Positions 24,975 to 37,967 of a stretch of 64,000 nucleotides of DNA are shown in pieces. How positions within the stretch are numbered: position 1 is the stretch's first letter; the number at the start of each line of letters is the position of its first letter. The stretch is from assembly GCF_001194135.2 (NCBI RefSeq), contig NC_068981.1:160974729-161038728 (forward strand), read 5' to 3'. Origin of the DNA: Octopus bimaculoides. Lineage: Eukaryota. Made by a program: the position numbers and the translations under genes. The notes beneath the pieces are model-generated. The model made no database searches and was not told the origin of the DNA. It was given only the letters and a program-made list of their open reading frames with translations.

Positions 24975-25312
24975 GATAAAGACCACCTTCAGTCATGAAT
25001 GACCATGGGATTGCACCTAGTAAGTTCCCCTCTAGGGCACAAGTCCAGGAAAGATTGTTTGTAGAAGCCCAGCAGTTGCCCATGCATCCCACCCTCCCCT
25101 TCCCATGCCACCAATGTTATCCAAGGGAAAGGCAAAGGCTGATGCAGCTTGGTACCAGTGATGTTGCAACTCATTTCTACAGCCGAGTTAACTGGTGCAT
25201 TGTGAAATAAAGTGTCTTGCTCCACTACACAACACACAACTTGGTCCAAGAATTGAACTCACAAGCTCTTTATTTTGAGCCCAGTGCTCTAACCACTAAG
25301 CTGTGCACTTCT
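24975..25312 (-). mobile_element. SINE family D copy
   Basis: Reverse complement of 13990-14320 and 53362-53700. Confidence 0.82.
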
Positions 25313-26308
25313 GAGCTTAGGTCTGTTAAATCAGAATTGACTTGGGACTAAACAACAGTAACAACAACAACAGCTGCAGTAACAACAACAACAACAACAA
25401 CAGCAACAACAACAAAATCAATAACCACAACTGTAAAATGAAATTACATGAAATTAAATACTATAGTTTTTCTATCATTCATCATACTGGAAGAATCAGA
25501 CAATGCTTGTGAGACTGTTATTGCCTCAACCTCACAAATCACTCATGGTAATACTGTGTGTTGGATTCCTTTAAAAATATTTTAAAAGAAATATTAATAT
25601 TCCCTATTATGGTGCACAACTGAAGGCGTGTGCATGTTTTTTTGGACTCATTTTTATTGCTATTGTCTATCTACTTTTGTAAATTATATAGTTTAGTCTA
25701 TTTTTGATTTATAGTGTGAAAGTGTCCATAATAAACATATATGATATATGCTAACTTCACAGGTATAAAACACAAACCAATATGTTACATGATATATTTT
25801 GAAATTTACTGTCTCCACAAGTATAAGAACAAACACCAATGGATTGCTTGGCGTATCATCTAGATATCTGTATTGGCAGTGTTTTCAAATATCACTATTT
25901 ATTTTTAGATATGTATTATATAACATGAAAATTCCACATCGATCATCTGAATATGATTTTCAATAGATCAAAGTCAATACTAGCAAAATACCACAATTGT
26001 GTTTTGTTAAAAGTTTTACTTTTGGTGCATTACATTATTTCCAGCACTACATCTTAATTATACCTTCTGAATGCAAGGCTATCCCATGATAAAAAAAAGA
26101 AAGAAAAGAGTAAAAAAAGAATAAGAGCACATTGATATGATTTGTAGTCTACAAAGGAATTCTCGAGAAGTTATTTAGCATTTTATGAATATTTGTTTAC
26201 TGATTACATATTTTCCTATCACCACAATATTGTTAAACTAAATTAAATTAAATTCTTTTGTTAAGCATGATTTCATGAACCAGTCATTATTGAATGCATG
26301 ATAATAGC

Positions 26309-26352
<44 letters not shown>

Positions 26353-26363
26353 TAATAATAATA

Positions 26364-26398
<35 letters not shown>

Positions 26399-26829
26399 AA
26401 TAAAAACCTTTCTCAGACTATCTTCTGATATCCATCAGAGTTGTTGAGAAATAACAATGCTGGTTGTGAAAGGGAGAACATCAAATATCTAATATAAATG
26501 GCTTTTCAAATGAGACAATGATGTTAGACTATGGAAAGCATTAGGCAACAAATATGTTTAGGAGAATCCTATGAGTTTGGTTAAAATAGAACAGTACCCT
26601 GTTATATTATATTTCTCTTTTATTTGCAGTAACATCCATGACTATTGCACCCCTACCCCACCTAATAATCACATCTCTTGAGGTTTTATAAGGTTCTTTT
26701 TGTTCAGCCCCAGAGCAACCAGAGTGATGATCAAAAGCATTCCAGATGTGACCATCCCATCTTTTTAGGATTATCTGTTACTATATTATGAAATGTGGCC
26801 TTTTGTAAGATGATTTGGTGTGAGTTGAG

Positions 26830-27105
26830 TGGAATTTTACTGCTATTTCCAATATATCAAGCAACCATAAAAAGGCTACATCACTGATGCATATCTGATG
26901 ATATTGATATTTAGCTTGGGGGACGTTTGGCTGCTATTTCTCATATGCCAAGCAACCAAAAAAAAAGGTTACATCATTGGTACATGTCTGATGATGTTGA
27001 TGTTTAGCTTGAGGGACATTTGGCTGTTATTTCTTGTGTGCCAATCATCCATGTAGAGGCTACATCATTGATGCATGTCTGATGTGGTTGATGTTTAGTC
27101 TGAAT
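26830..27105. repeat. Tandem triplication, ~92-bp unit
   Basis: agg(c/t)tacatca.tg.t.cat.tctgatg...tgat.tttag starts at 26873, 26966 and 27057. Confidence 0.85.
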
Positions 27106-28299
27106 GTTTGTCGGTTCATGCATTTAGGTAAAAAAACCTTACAGGAAAGGGATTGGTGAAGGTTGGGGCTCAGGGGGGAAATGATTGACTAAATTTATTT
27201 ATTTAGGGTTTAGTTTGGAGGGTAAGACAGAGCAGATATGGTAAGACAAAGAAAAGTTGGAGTATCTTGGTGGGTTTGTGTGGAAAAAGCACACTAAGAA
27301 GTCTTTCGAGGAACATAAATTATTGTATTATTGCTGAGGGAGAGAGAGAGAGGTGGGGGGCATTTTCACCCCTTTATTTGAATGTGGATGCTCTATTAGA
27401 ACAACCTATACAGTAATCTCTCAACGATCGCAGGTGTTGCAAAACTTTCTACAGAAATAATTAAAATTTGAAAAAAAACATAAATACCTGTTGACTGCAG
27501 AAACCTGGATATACTGAGAAGTCTGCAATATAAATTTGGTACAAAATGCATTCTTGTTTGTATTGCTAGCAGGGAGACAAATCTCTGCAACCTCCAGACC
27601 ATGTGATTTTGACCTTGTTTGGTCTTGTCAATGATGGACACTTGACCGCTAGAGGTAGCAGCAATTCACCTCCCTGCTAACAATATATACATTGACAGTA
27701 CCATAGTAGGCACTGGTATCACCATTAGCCAGTTAGCTTATTTACAAATATATATCAGCGACAAAGGCAACATTAATACTGAAAGGTAATATTTATCCCC
27801 ACTTAAACATGGATGTTTTATTAGAACAAACTACACTGTGGTAAATACCATGAAAGAAACTTTCATATTAGCTTTTTGATGTAAAATTGCTTATGTCACT
27901 GAGTGGGAGAGGAATGTGTATTAATTTGCTAATAAGCTAAATGTTCTCTTCAATATGGACTGGGTCATTTATGTGTGTAACATGTTTGTCCCAATATATG
28001 TGAGCAATACTTTTATATGAGCTGCACCTCAGATTTGTAGAAGATTAAGCAATTGATCAAGGCCTAAATATTTTCAAGCTGCAGTGTCTGACAGAATTTG
28101 TTGTTAAGTAAATATTAATTTTTATCCATGATTATGAATATATTACTTTTGTCACTTTTACATAATTTTATGTTATTTTTTGAATCATATAGATCTTGTT
28201 AATGTTTTGTTGATAAGTATTTGTTTTTTATTTTTATTACATTCACCTAAAAGTAAGTTGTCAAGTTTATCATCTATGTTTATGAAGTTGTAGGGCTTT

Positions 28300-28826
28300 A
28301 CTCGATGTCAAAAAACAAATTTATGAGGATTCATAAATTTACTTGACAAACACAAATTTATAAGGATTCAGAAAGATAATACCACAAAATTAAAAGCTAA
28401 ACTGAATCAACCAATTGCAGTGATAAATGCACAAATTGGAGGCCTCTAATTTTCTTCTGTATTGAAGAAGAACTCACCCTAGCACATATCTGGGGTACAG
28501 TAAAAATACACAAAGAAAACAACACTCTCAAACCTATAATATGTGAAATACAACAATGCACAAGATTGCTAAATAATTAGACAACATTATCAAAAAGCAC
28601 ATACTGGAGAGATATGATCATGTGAAAATATTTCCTGGTAGTTTAGAAGTAGAAAGTCTGTTCATGAACATTTTAGTGCAGAAACAACAGAATTACATTA
28701 AATATATAAACCGCCAAATATAAAACAACCCACAGCTAATGCACTGAAGAAATTATTAGTGTCTTATACAAGAGAAGTACCCTTTTACTGTCTGCAAAGC
28801 AAACCTTATAAATATATATCAATATA
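28300..28826 (+). mobile_element. Penelope-like RT N-terminal relic
   Basis: KFIRIQKDNTTKLKAKLN, AHIWGTVKIHKENNTLKPII (cf. LYGLPKIHKxxxPLRPI), GSLEVESLFMNI (cf. SLDVESLFTNIP), ALKKLLVSYTREVPF. Confidence 0.72.
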
Positions 28827-28980
28827 CAGTCATGACCAAAAGCTTGGAACATTAGTCTGAAAATTAGAATTTTTATATTAAATATCCAAAGTTATATTTG
28901 AATTGAATTGTACTTGGGCATAACAATTTTAGTTTTTAAAAAAATGTTCCAAAAATGTTTCAAACTTTTGGCCACAACTG
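28827..28980. mobile_element. Tc1-type MITE, ~154 bp
   Basis: TA|CAGTCATGACCAAAAGCTTGGAACA ... TGTTTCAAACTTTTGGCCACAACTG; Tc1-like imperfect TIRs. Confidence 0.75.
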
Positions 28981-29187
28981 AATCGTTGCCAGTACCACCT
29001 GATTGGCCTTTGTGCCAGTGGCACGTAAAAACACCCACTACACTCTCAGAGTGGTTGGCATTAGGAAGCGCATCCAGCTGTAGAAACTCTGCCAAATCAG
29101 ATTGGAACCTGGTGTAGCCATCTGGTTTCACCAGTCCTCAGTCAAATCATCCACCCATGCTAGCATGGAAAGCGGACATTAAATGAC

Positions 29188-29240
<53 letters not shown>

Positions 29241-29243
29241 CAA

Positions 29244-29245
<2 letters not shown>
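28981..29245 (+). mobile_element. RTE 3' tail copy with a long (GAT)n tail
   Basis: Same tail family as 11990-12175. Confidence 0.88.
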
Positions 29246-29274
<29 letters not shown>

Positions 29275-29400
29275 CGAGGATAACTGGAAATGTTCTCTGT
29301 AGGACAAACCTGTTGTAGTTCAGGCTTTTGCTACTAGAAGCCACATGTGCATGTGCATATGCATGTGTGTGTATACATACATACATACATAATACGGATG

Positions 29401-29440
<40 letters not shown>

Positions 29441-29543
29441 AGTAAAAATAAATACAAAAAAAGGTGGATTTTTTTGTATGATTGTGTATAGAGGAATATA
29501 TTATTTTGCTTAAAAGAGTTATATATATATCTACAGACATATA

Positions 29544-29760
29544 TGAGGGGGTCCTGAAGAGTATCCTGGCTTTGGGTACAAGAAAATACAAGAGGATCAG
29601 TTATCATGATTTTATTCAACATATTCCCCTCTCAGATTCACATACTTATTGCAGCAGTCCCTTAGTTTTTCTAAGCCCTGTAAAAGAACTTGGAAGGTTG
29701 GGCCTCCAACCAGGCCTTTTGTGATATCCATAAAGCCAGGAATATTTCAGAACTCCCTTG
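29544..29760 (-). mobile_element. Internally deleted mariner (MITE) retaining the transposase C-terminus
   Basis: Imperfect TIRs tgagggggtcctgaagagtatcctggcttt / aaagccaggaatatttcagaactcccttg. Minus strand encodes QGLEKLRDCCNKYVNLRGEYVE*, a mariner-type C-terminus. Confidence 0.75.
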
Positions 29761-29799
29761 CATGTGTATGTATATATATATATATATATNNNNNNNNNN

Positions 29800-31050
29800 T
29801 TGCTGAGTCACTATCAGAATTAGAGGAGAAGTTTCAGGTGTGGAAGCAGGGACTAGAATCGAAGGGCCTTAGAATCAACCTAGCTAAAACCAAAGTCCTA
29901 ATAAGTAGGAAGGTAGATAAAACACAAACCCCTTCAGGTAGATGGCCCTGTTCAATATGTAGAAAAGGTGTAGGTAGTAACTGTATAAGATGTACCTAGT
30001 GCAAGCTATGGACACAAGAGGTGCAGCAATATCAAAGGCAGGTTAACTAGGAAGTTAGCTTTTGTATGTGGCAGATGTTCAGGTGCAATAAACACTGTAA
30101 ACAAACAGGAAACAACTTCTGTCTCATTCCAAGGAGAAAAACTAGAGGTAGTTGATAGCTTCCGCTATCTGGGTGACCAAGTTAGTAGTGAGGCTGGGTG
30201 CACTGAAAGTGTAGCTGCTAGAATAAGAATAGCCTGGGCAAAGTTGAGAGAGCTCTTACCTCTGCTGGCGACAAAGAGACTCTCACTCAGAGTAAAAGGC
30301 AGACTGTACGACACATGTGTATGAACAGCCATGCTACATGGCAGTGAAACATGGGCCATAACTGCTGAGGACATGCGTAAGCTCGCAAGGAATGAAGCCA
30401 GTATTCTCCGATGGATGAGTAATGTCAGTGTGCATACCCGACAGAGTGTAAGTATATTGAGAGAAAAGTTGAACATAAGAAGCGTCAGTAGTGGTGTGCA
30501 AGAGAGACGATTGCGCTGGTTTNNNNNNNNNNNNNNNNNNNNNNNNNNNNNNNNNNNNNNNNNNNNNNNNNNNNNNNNNNNNNNNNNNNNNNNNNNNNNN
30601 NNNNNNNNNNNNNNNNNNNNNNNNNNNNNNNNNNNNNNNNNNNNNNNNNNNNNNNNNNNNNNNNNNNNNNNNNNNNGATGACTTCTGACCGAGACCTTTG
30701 GAAATACGCTGTGCGTGAGAAGACCCGGCAAGCCAAGTGAGACCTAAATCCAAGGCCTCTGCCAGGGGTGTAGCCAGCCCACTTATGCGTACCTTTCCTT
30801 CATTGGACACTAAACTCCGCTTGCGAAGACCTGTTGAGGCAAGCGAAATCGAAACCGAACTAAATTCAACGACTGGCACCCATGGCAACGTCATCTCCTT
30901 TGTTGGACATGAAACTCAGCTTGCAAAGACTTATTGGGGCAAGCGAAAGCGAAATCGGGATGGCACCTGTGCCCAGCGTCGCCTTTCTGGCACTTGTGCC
31001 CGTGGCATGTGTAATGGACTTTCGAGCGAGATCGTTGCCAGTGCCCCTGA
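29800..31050 (+). mobile_element. RTE-group LINE 3' portion (RT end, PHD-like finger, thumb, stop, 3' UTR); contains an N-gap
   Basis: AESLSELEEKFQVWKQGLESKGLRINLAKTKVL...EKLEVVDSFRYLGD...RIRIAWAKLRELLPLL...AMLHGSETW...RRLRWF; after the gap MTSDRDLWKYAVREKTRQAK*. A few in-frame stops. Confidence 0.93.
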
Positions 31051-31344
31051 CGATGATGATGATGATGATGATAATGATGATATATATATACACACTATTA
31101 ACATCATCACTTAATGTCCACTTTCATTGCAAGCATGGGTTGAATGGTTTGATAGGTTCTGGCAAGGTGCAAGGCCACATGAAGCTCATTACAGGCTTCT
31201 GCACAGTTTTCATCAAATAAATTCATTCACAAGGCATTGGTCAGTCTGGGGCTATAGTAGAAAACACTTGCCCAAGATGCTAAGCAATGGCGCTGAACCT
31301 GAAACCATGTAGCTGCAAGCTTTTTAACCACACAGGCATGCCTT

Positions 31345-31700
31345 CAACTTTTACAGCAGTACAGTACGTTCTTTGACATAAACGTTCAGATGGAAAACAG
31401 CAAACACATTACAATCATTTACACCAAAGACACGAATAAATGGATTTTTATTGCATGAAGACAGTGAATGTTCACACAGATACAAAATGTCAGTGATAAA
31501 ATCTTTGCACAGAACACCATTTAGAGTCTCTTTCATGAATGAATCTACAGATAAAGAAATCCACAGAATAAGACAAATGCAAGTCAACAATGGTTATTCC
31601 AACAAGCTAAACAGAACAAGTAATAGAAAGAAATGCACTGCAACAAACACTTTAGATACCACACCTGTTAAAATAACACAAACACATAGAATGTGTTAAA
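31345..31700 (+). mobile_element. Penelope-like RT motif E/thumb relic
   Basis: FFDINVQMENSKHITIIYTKDTN...EDSECSHRYKMSVIKSL...KEIHRIRQMQVNNGYSNKL, compared with the PLE pattern LPFLD..TxVYxK.TN...SECPxRYKxSVI...EIxRIxQxLVNNGY. Confidence 0.72.
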
Positions 31701-32389
31701 GGAAATAAATACATAGCATGGAATTCATGAATGCATTATCAAAAGCCTCATGAAACAACAACATCAAGCAACAAAACACTTATGTTAATATCTTTCATCC
31801 TTTATTTTTTTACTTGTTTCAGTTAGTGGACTGCAGCTATGTTAGGGCACCTCCAGGAGGTTTGACAAATGGAACCAAATCTTAGCATTTTTCTTTTTTT
31901 ATATTTTTAAACCTAGTACTTATTCTATTGGCCTCTTTTGCCAAACTGCAAAGTTGCAGGGATGCAAACAAACTGGCACTGGTTGACAAGTGGTGAGAGT
32001 TGCAGACAACCACAAAAGCACACTTATACATGCATATATACATACATGTATATATACATACACATATATATATATACATATATATACACACATATATGTG
32101 CATATATATGTATGTGAGTGTGTATATACATGCATATACATGCATATACATATATAGTCTATATCTCTATTTATGTATGTATGTGTGTGTGTGTGCATGC
32201 ATGTATGCACGCGCATGTGTGCATGTGTGTGTATATATGTATACACACACATATATGGTTCCACATAAAAGCACCTGTGTGGTGCCATGTAAACGCACCC
32301 AACACACTCTGTAAAGTAGCTGGTGTTAGGAAGGGCATACACCTGTAGAAACCATGCCATCACATGGACAACAGATGTTAAATGATGAT

Positions 32390-32428
<39 letters not shown>

Positions 32429-32646
32429 AATATAGAGTAGTTGTACAACAAGGCACCAATGTTTACTGGAAATATCAGTTAATAAAATTTTTACGACACT
32501 ATAGTAAAACTTCATACTGGCAAAGACGTGTGAGGGCAGCACACATAAAAAATTTCGTCTTACCTCTAGGAACAACATTAGATAAATGGACAACCAATCT
32601 AGTACCTAGGTTTTGGACTCTTCAAATATATACATACATACATACA

Positions 32647-32678
<32 letters not shown>

Positions 32679-33506
32679 CATGACAAGTTTCCAGACTGTT
32701 TTCATCAACCAAATGCACTTACAAAGTATTAGTCAGCCCAGGGCCATGCAGTGGGATAGTATCCAAAACAGCTGCAGAGTGAGCTTCTTAACCACACAGC
32801 CATGCCAGTGCCTATACAACCATTAGCATGAACATGCTGAAATTAGGAATTAAAAAACAAAGACTTATTCTCAGTAGCAAACCACAAACATTTTCCAAAC
32901 AATATATTAATGACCAAAGTGATAATAAATTTTTTTGCAATTGTCATAATTGTAAACTTCATGACTCTAACTGTTATATTGCTTATACAAGTGAGTTTAT
33001 TGTAGAATATGATTAATATATTGGTAATACATCTGTATCAGTTAACAAGGAATATTTCTAATGTGCTACATAATGAAACAACTCTCATTTTCTAGGAAGA
33101 ACAGGACCAAATCCCTAAAATATTAGAGACACCAGAGAGATGTTCCAGTTGAACTTGTTCAAGGAGGAACAAAAAAGGACCTCCATACTGTTTGAAGGTA
33201 ATATTTTTGTTTTTAAGCTAAGGGAAGTAACTTTGAGTGAGTCGTGATAGCACTGATGTTTCATTGCTACCGTGACAACCAACATTATTTCTTTTTTAAG
33301 CAAAAGTTTGAAAGCTGAGTCAACAGAGAGGAGTTATAACTAGATGAAATCTGCAGGTGGTTTAAATGCACAAGTCTCTGATATTCAAGTGTAACACACA
33401 CACACACTCACACACACACACACACACACACACATACAAACACACATCTACATACATACATACATACATACATACATACATACATACATACATACATACA
33501 TACATG

Positions 33507-34745
33507 TTGGGTTGGCAACTAAGTTTTTTAAATTTTGGAATTTATTGCGTTCTTAAATTTTGGAACCTATTTTGTTTTTTGTTTTCTAGTTAATTTTAGT
33601 TAATTTTTGTTTATTTTCAGATCATTAAAATGAAATGCCAAGTTAAGAAAAACGAGCATTTTCGACACCTTCTTTTTTGCTTTTAATCAAGGTTCTAAGG
33701 CTGCAGAAGCTGCTTGCAACATTTGTGCTGTGTATGGAGAGGGTGCCATAGCTGAAAGAACCACTTGTGATTGGTATGCCAAGTTCAAAAATGGAAATTT
33801 TGACCTCAAAGACACACCTCGTTCTGGCTTTTCAGTTGAGTTCGATGAAGAGCGATTAAACCAACTTTTGCACAAAAATTCTCTTCAAACGACAAGGGAA
33901 CTGGCAGAGAAAATGGAATGCTCCCACACTGCTATAGAGAAGCATCTTCACTCGATGGGAAAGTTTCAGAAGTATGGAGCATGGGTTCTGCATGCTTTAA
34001 GTGACAACAACAAAATCAACGAGCCACAACCTCTGCTGGTTTGCTTGCTCATCACTGCTCAACTCATGGACACAAGCAACGATTTCTTTACCAAATTGTT
34101 ACTGGTGATGAAAAATGATGCCTGTACATCAATACGAAGCAGCGTAAGGAAATGGCTTAGCCCCGGTAAACAAGTGACACCGTGCGTGAAACAAGATCTT
34201 CATCTGCGTAAAATGATGTTGTGTGTATGGTGGGACTGAGAAGGGATTATCCATTACGAATTACTTGATCGGAACCAGATGGTCAATGTGGAACTCTATG
34301 TTCAACAAATGGAATGACTCAACATGGCTATTCAAGAGAAAAGATCTAATCGTCAGCATGGAGTTCTTCTGCTGCATGACAATGCCCGCCCTCATATCGC
34401 CAATATGACCAAAGAACCATTCAAACGCATGGCTGGGAAGTGCTGCCACACTCGCCGTACTCTCCTGATTTGGCACCAATGGATTTGCACCTCTTTCGAT
34501 CTCTTTCAAATGCTATGCACAGAGTTTTGTTCAATACTGATGCAGAATTGAGAGCTTGGTTGGATCAATTTTTCGAGTCAAAATCGGGTGATTTCTACTA
34601 ATGAGGTATTGAAAATCTTGTTGAATGTTGGGAAGAAGTTGTAAAGAGTGAATACATTATTGATTAATTAGTTGTTATTTTTGTTATTAAACCTTTTAAA
34701 AAATTTAAATTTTAAAAAATGGCGGGAATTTAGTTGCCAACTCAA
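33507..34745 (+). mobile_element. Full-length mariner (DD34D) transposon, ~1.24 kb
   Basis: TIRs TTGGGTTGGCAACTAAGTT (33507) and AATTTAGTTGCCAACTCAA (to 34745), followed by TA; inserted in a (TACA)n tract. Confidence 0.93.
33630..34667 (+). pseudogene. Mariner transposase pseudogene
   Basis: MKCQVKKNEHFRH...PRSG..HTH; GAWVLHAL (WVPHEL motif), IVTGDEK, LCVWWD, LLHDNARPH, PYSPDLAP.D. Frameshifts and stops present. Confidence 0.93.
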
Positions 34746-35061
34746 TACATACATACATACATACATACATACATACATGTATTTTTTTNNNNNNNNNNNN
34801 NNNNNNNNNNNNNNNNNNNNNNNNNNNNNNNNNNNNNNNNNNNNNNNNNNNNNNNNNNNNNNNNNNNNNNNNNNNNNNNNNNNNNNNNNNNNNNNNNNNN
34901 NNNNNNNNNNNNNNNNNNNNNNNNNNNNNNNNNNNNNNNNNNNNNNNNNNNNNNNNNNNNNNNNNNNNNNNNNNNNNNNNNNNNNNNNNNNNNNNNNNNN
35001 NNNNNNNNNNNNNNNNNNNNNNNNNNNNNNNNNNNNNNNNNNNNNNNNNNNNNNNNNNNNN

Positions 35062-35448
35062 GAGGCGCAATGGCCCAGTGGTTAGGGCAGCGGACTCGCG
35101 GTCATAGGATCGCGGTTTCAATTCCCAGACCGGGCATTGTGAGTGTTTATTGAGCGAAAACACCTAAAGCTCCACGAGGCTCCGGCAGGGGATGGTGGCG
35201 AACCCTGCTGTACTCTTCCACCACAACTTTCTCTCACTCTTACTTCCTGTTTCTGTTGTGCCTGTAATTCAAAGGGTCAGCCTTGTCACACTGTGTCACG
35301 CTGAATATCCCCGAGAACTACGTTAAGGGTACACGTGTCTGTGGAGTGCTCAGCCACTTGCACGTTAATTTCATGAGCAGGCTGTTCCATTGATCGGATC
35401 AGCTGGAACCCTCGACATCGTAAGCAACGGAGTGCCAACAACAACAAC
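35062..35448 (+). mobile_element. Young SINE family C copy with (CAA)n tail
   Basis: A-box TGGCCCAGTGG, B-box-like GGTTTCAATTCC, CpG-rich, ends gtgccaacaacaacaac. Confidence 0.92.
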
Positions 35449-35751
35449 CATGTATCCAGCATAACACATCACTTAATCATGAAGAAAATAATATAAAGAT
35501 CTTAACATATTGATGACGGATTAAAAAATTTTGCAGTTTCAATCAAACTGCAATGACCTCATGACAATATGAAAGAGACCTTAGTGACAAGAAGAAAAAA
35601 AGATAGAAACGTAGAACACAGCATAACTAAAAGAAGCCCTACAGAGGACAAGCCTTGTGAGTGGATTTAGTTGTTTAGAAACTGAAAGAAGCTCATATAT
35701 ATACACACACATAAACACAGACACATACATATATATATTTGTCTGTATGTA

Positions 35752-35982
35752 TTATTTCTTTATTGCCCACAAGGGCTACACACAGAGGGGACAAACAAGG
35801 ACAGACAAACGGATTAAGTCGATTATATCGACCCCAGTGCGTAACTGGTACTTATTTAATCGACCCCGAAAGGATGAAAGGCAAATTCGACCTCGGCGGA
35901 ATTTGAACTCAGAACGTAGTGGCAGACGAAATACCGCTAAGCATTTTGCCCAGTGTGCTAACGTTTCTGCCAGCTCGCCACC
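35752..35982 (-). mobile_element. Young SINE family B copy
   Basis: Near reverse complement of 50792-51024. Confidence 0.92.
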
Positions 35983-36582
35983 GTGTATTTGTCTGTATTT
36001 GTCTGTATGTGTATGTGTGTCTCTTTGGCTTAACATTGTATGGAAGTTGTGACTTTCACAAACATATACGTAATGTCAGTCATTTCCTATCTTCAATGAA
36101 TATATATACTTAGGCATGGGGAAATATTACTTTGCTTGGAAACAAGTGAGAGTGGGCATCTGGATATAGAAAATCTGCCCCACCGAATCTTGTCTGATGC
36201 ATGCAAGCATAAGAAAATGAATGTTAAAATGGTGATGTTGATGATGACAATGACGATAGCAATGGTAATGATAATGATGATGATGATGATGATGACTGCA
36301 ATGAAAGTGGACAGTATATTATGCTAGTGGAGAAATGCATCTGTTGAACTGTGGCTAACTGGTTAAGGATGATCTGGAGAATAATGTTTAAGTTTGCACC
36401 AGACAAACAGTAAAGATCTATAAAGCGAGATTGTTCTAAGCTTCAGACAGTATAAATACTAAATACAAAATATAAAATAAATACAAAACAATAGATGATA
36501 ATTTTCCTTGGATATTTTTCATAATGGCTTGTATTAATAATAATAATAAAGATGATGATGATGATGATGATGATGACGATGG

Positions 36583-36613
<31 letters not shown>

Positions 36614-36828
36614 AATCATGATAATAATCTAAATAAATGATCTTTGTTAAAAAAATTCTGAGGAATTGAGAAAAATTTTTCCCAATATCCCCCTATAGAT
36701 ATTTTCCTTGCCATTAAATATAGATCTACAGTAATGTAAGTTCTTAGTTATGACAAATTTTCTTGATCTCTTCTCTTCTTCCTTTCTTTCATTTAGAAGG
36801 ATTCAGAAATTAAAAGTAAAAATATTCA

Positions 36829-37225
36829 GGCGCAGGAGTGGCTGTGTGGTAAGTAGCTTGCTTACCAACCACATGGTTCTGGGTTCAGTCCCACTGCGTG
36901 GCACCTTGGGCAAGTGTCNNNNNNNNNNNNNNNNNNNNNNNNNNNNNNNNNNNNNNNNNNNNNNNNNNNNNNNNNNNNNNNNNTATATATATATATATAT
37001 GAATGTGTGTTTGCGTGTCTGTGTTTGTCCCCCTACCATTGCTTGACAACCGATGTTGCTGTGTTTACGTTCCCGTAACTTAGTGGTTCGGCAAAAGAGA
37101 CCGATAGAATAAATACTAGGCTTCCAAAGAATAAGTCCTGGGGTCGATTTGCTCAACTAAAGGCGGTGATCCAGCATGGCCGCAGTCAAATGACTGAAAC
37201 AAGTAAAAGAATAAAAGAGTAAAGA
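36829..37225 (+). mobile_element. Young SINE family A copy spanning an N-gap
   Basis: ggcgcaggagtggctgtgtggtaagtagc...acaagtaaaagaataaaagagtaaagag. Confidence 0.92.
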
Positions 37226-37967
37226 GTTAAAATTAAATCCATAACAATCATTGTGTAATAAATTTTCACATCCCTTTCATAAGAAATGAGAAGTTCTGAA
37301 TGAAATACTTCTCGAAAGAGAGGATTTGAATTATCATATCTTATTTTCAATTGTACTTTGCCCATGCTGGGGTACCACCTTGAATGGTTTTAATCAAACA
37401 AACTGATCCCAATACTTATTTCTGCTAAACTGTTAAGTTATGAGGATGTAAACAAACCAACACTAGTTCTCAAGCAGTGAAGGGGGACAAACACAATGAC
37501 ACGCACACACATTCACACACACACACACTCACACCACTCACACACACACATGCATGCACACATGCATACATACATACATACATACATATATGTATGTATG
37601 TATGAATGTATGTATGTATGCATGTGTACATGTATGTATGTATGTATGCATGCATGCATGCATGCATGTATGTATGTATGTATGTATGTATGTATATAAT
37701 TGAAAAAATGAGCTAGCCAGCTCTACTCATTTTTTCAGATATTTATAATACTATACCAAGAACTTACTTTTTATTATTCTACTATAAATATATGTGTGTA
37801 CATATATATATATATAACCTTTAAAATCCGTGTTGCTTTTTTTGATTTTTGATCACCTTGTTTTTGGAATTGTTTTGGATAATACCATACTATATTCTGG
37901 TGCTTAAACATAAGTACCACATTCAATTTTGAATCTAAATCTTTTATATATATATATATATATATGA

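Noticed and set aside
24763-25770. 18-nt direct repeat aacttcacaggtataaaa about 990 bp apart
   Set aside because: Could be a TSD or chance, but the enclosed sequence is a mix of SINE, microsatellite and unique DNA with no coherent element ends.
27643-27661. CTCF-like motif TGACCGCTAGAGGTAGCAG (a similar one is in the hAT subterminal region at ~6695-6712)
   Set aside because: Two core mismatches here and a 1-nt register shift in the hAT copy; expected by chance without ChIP data.
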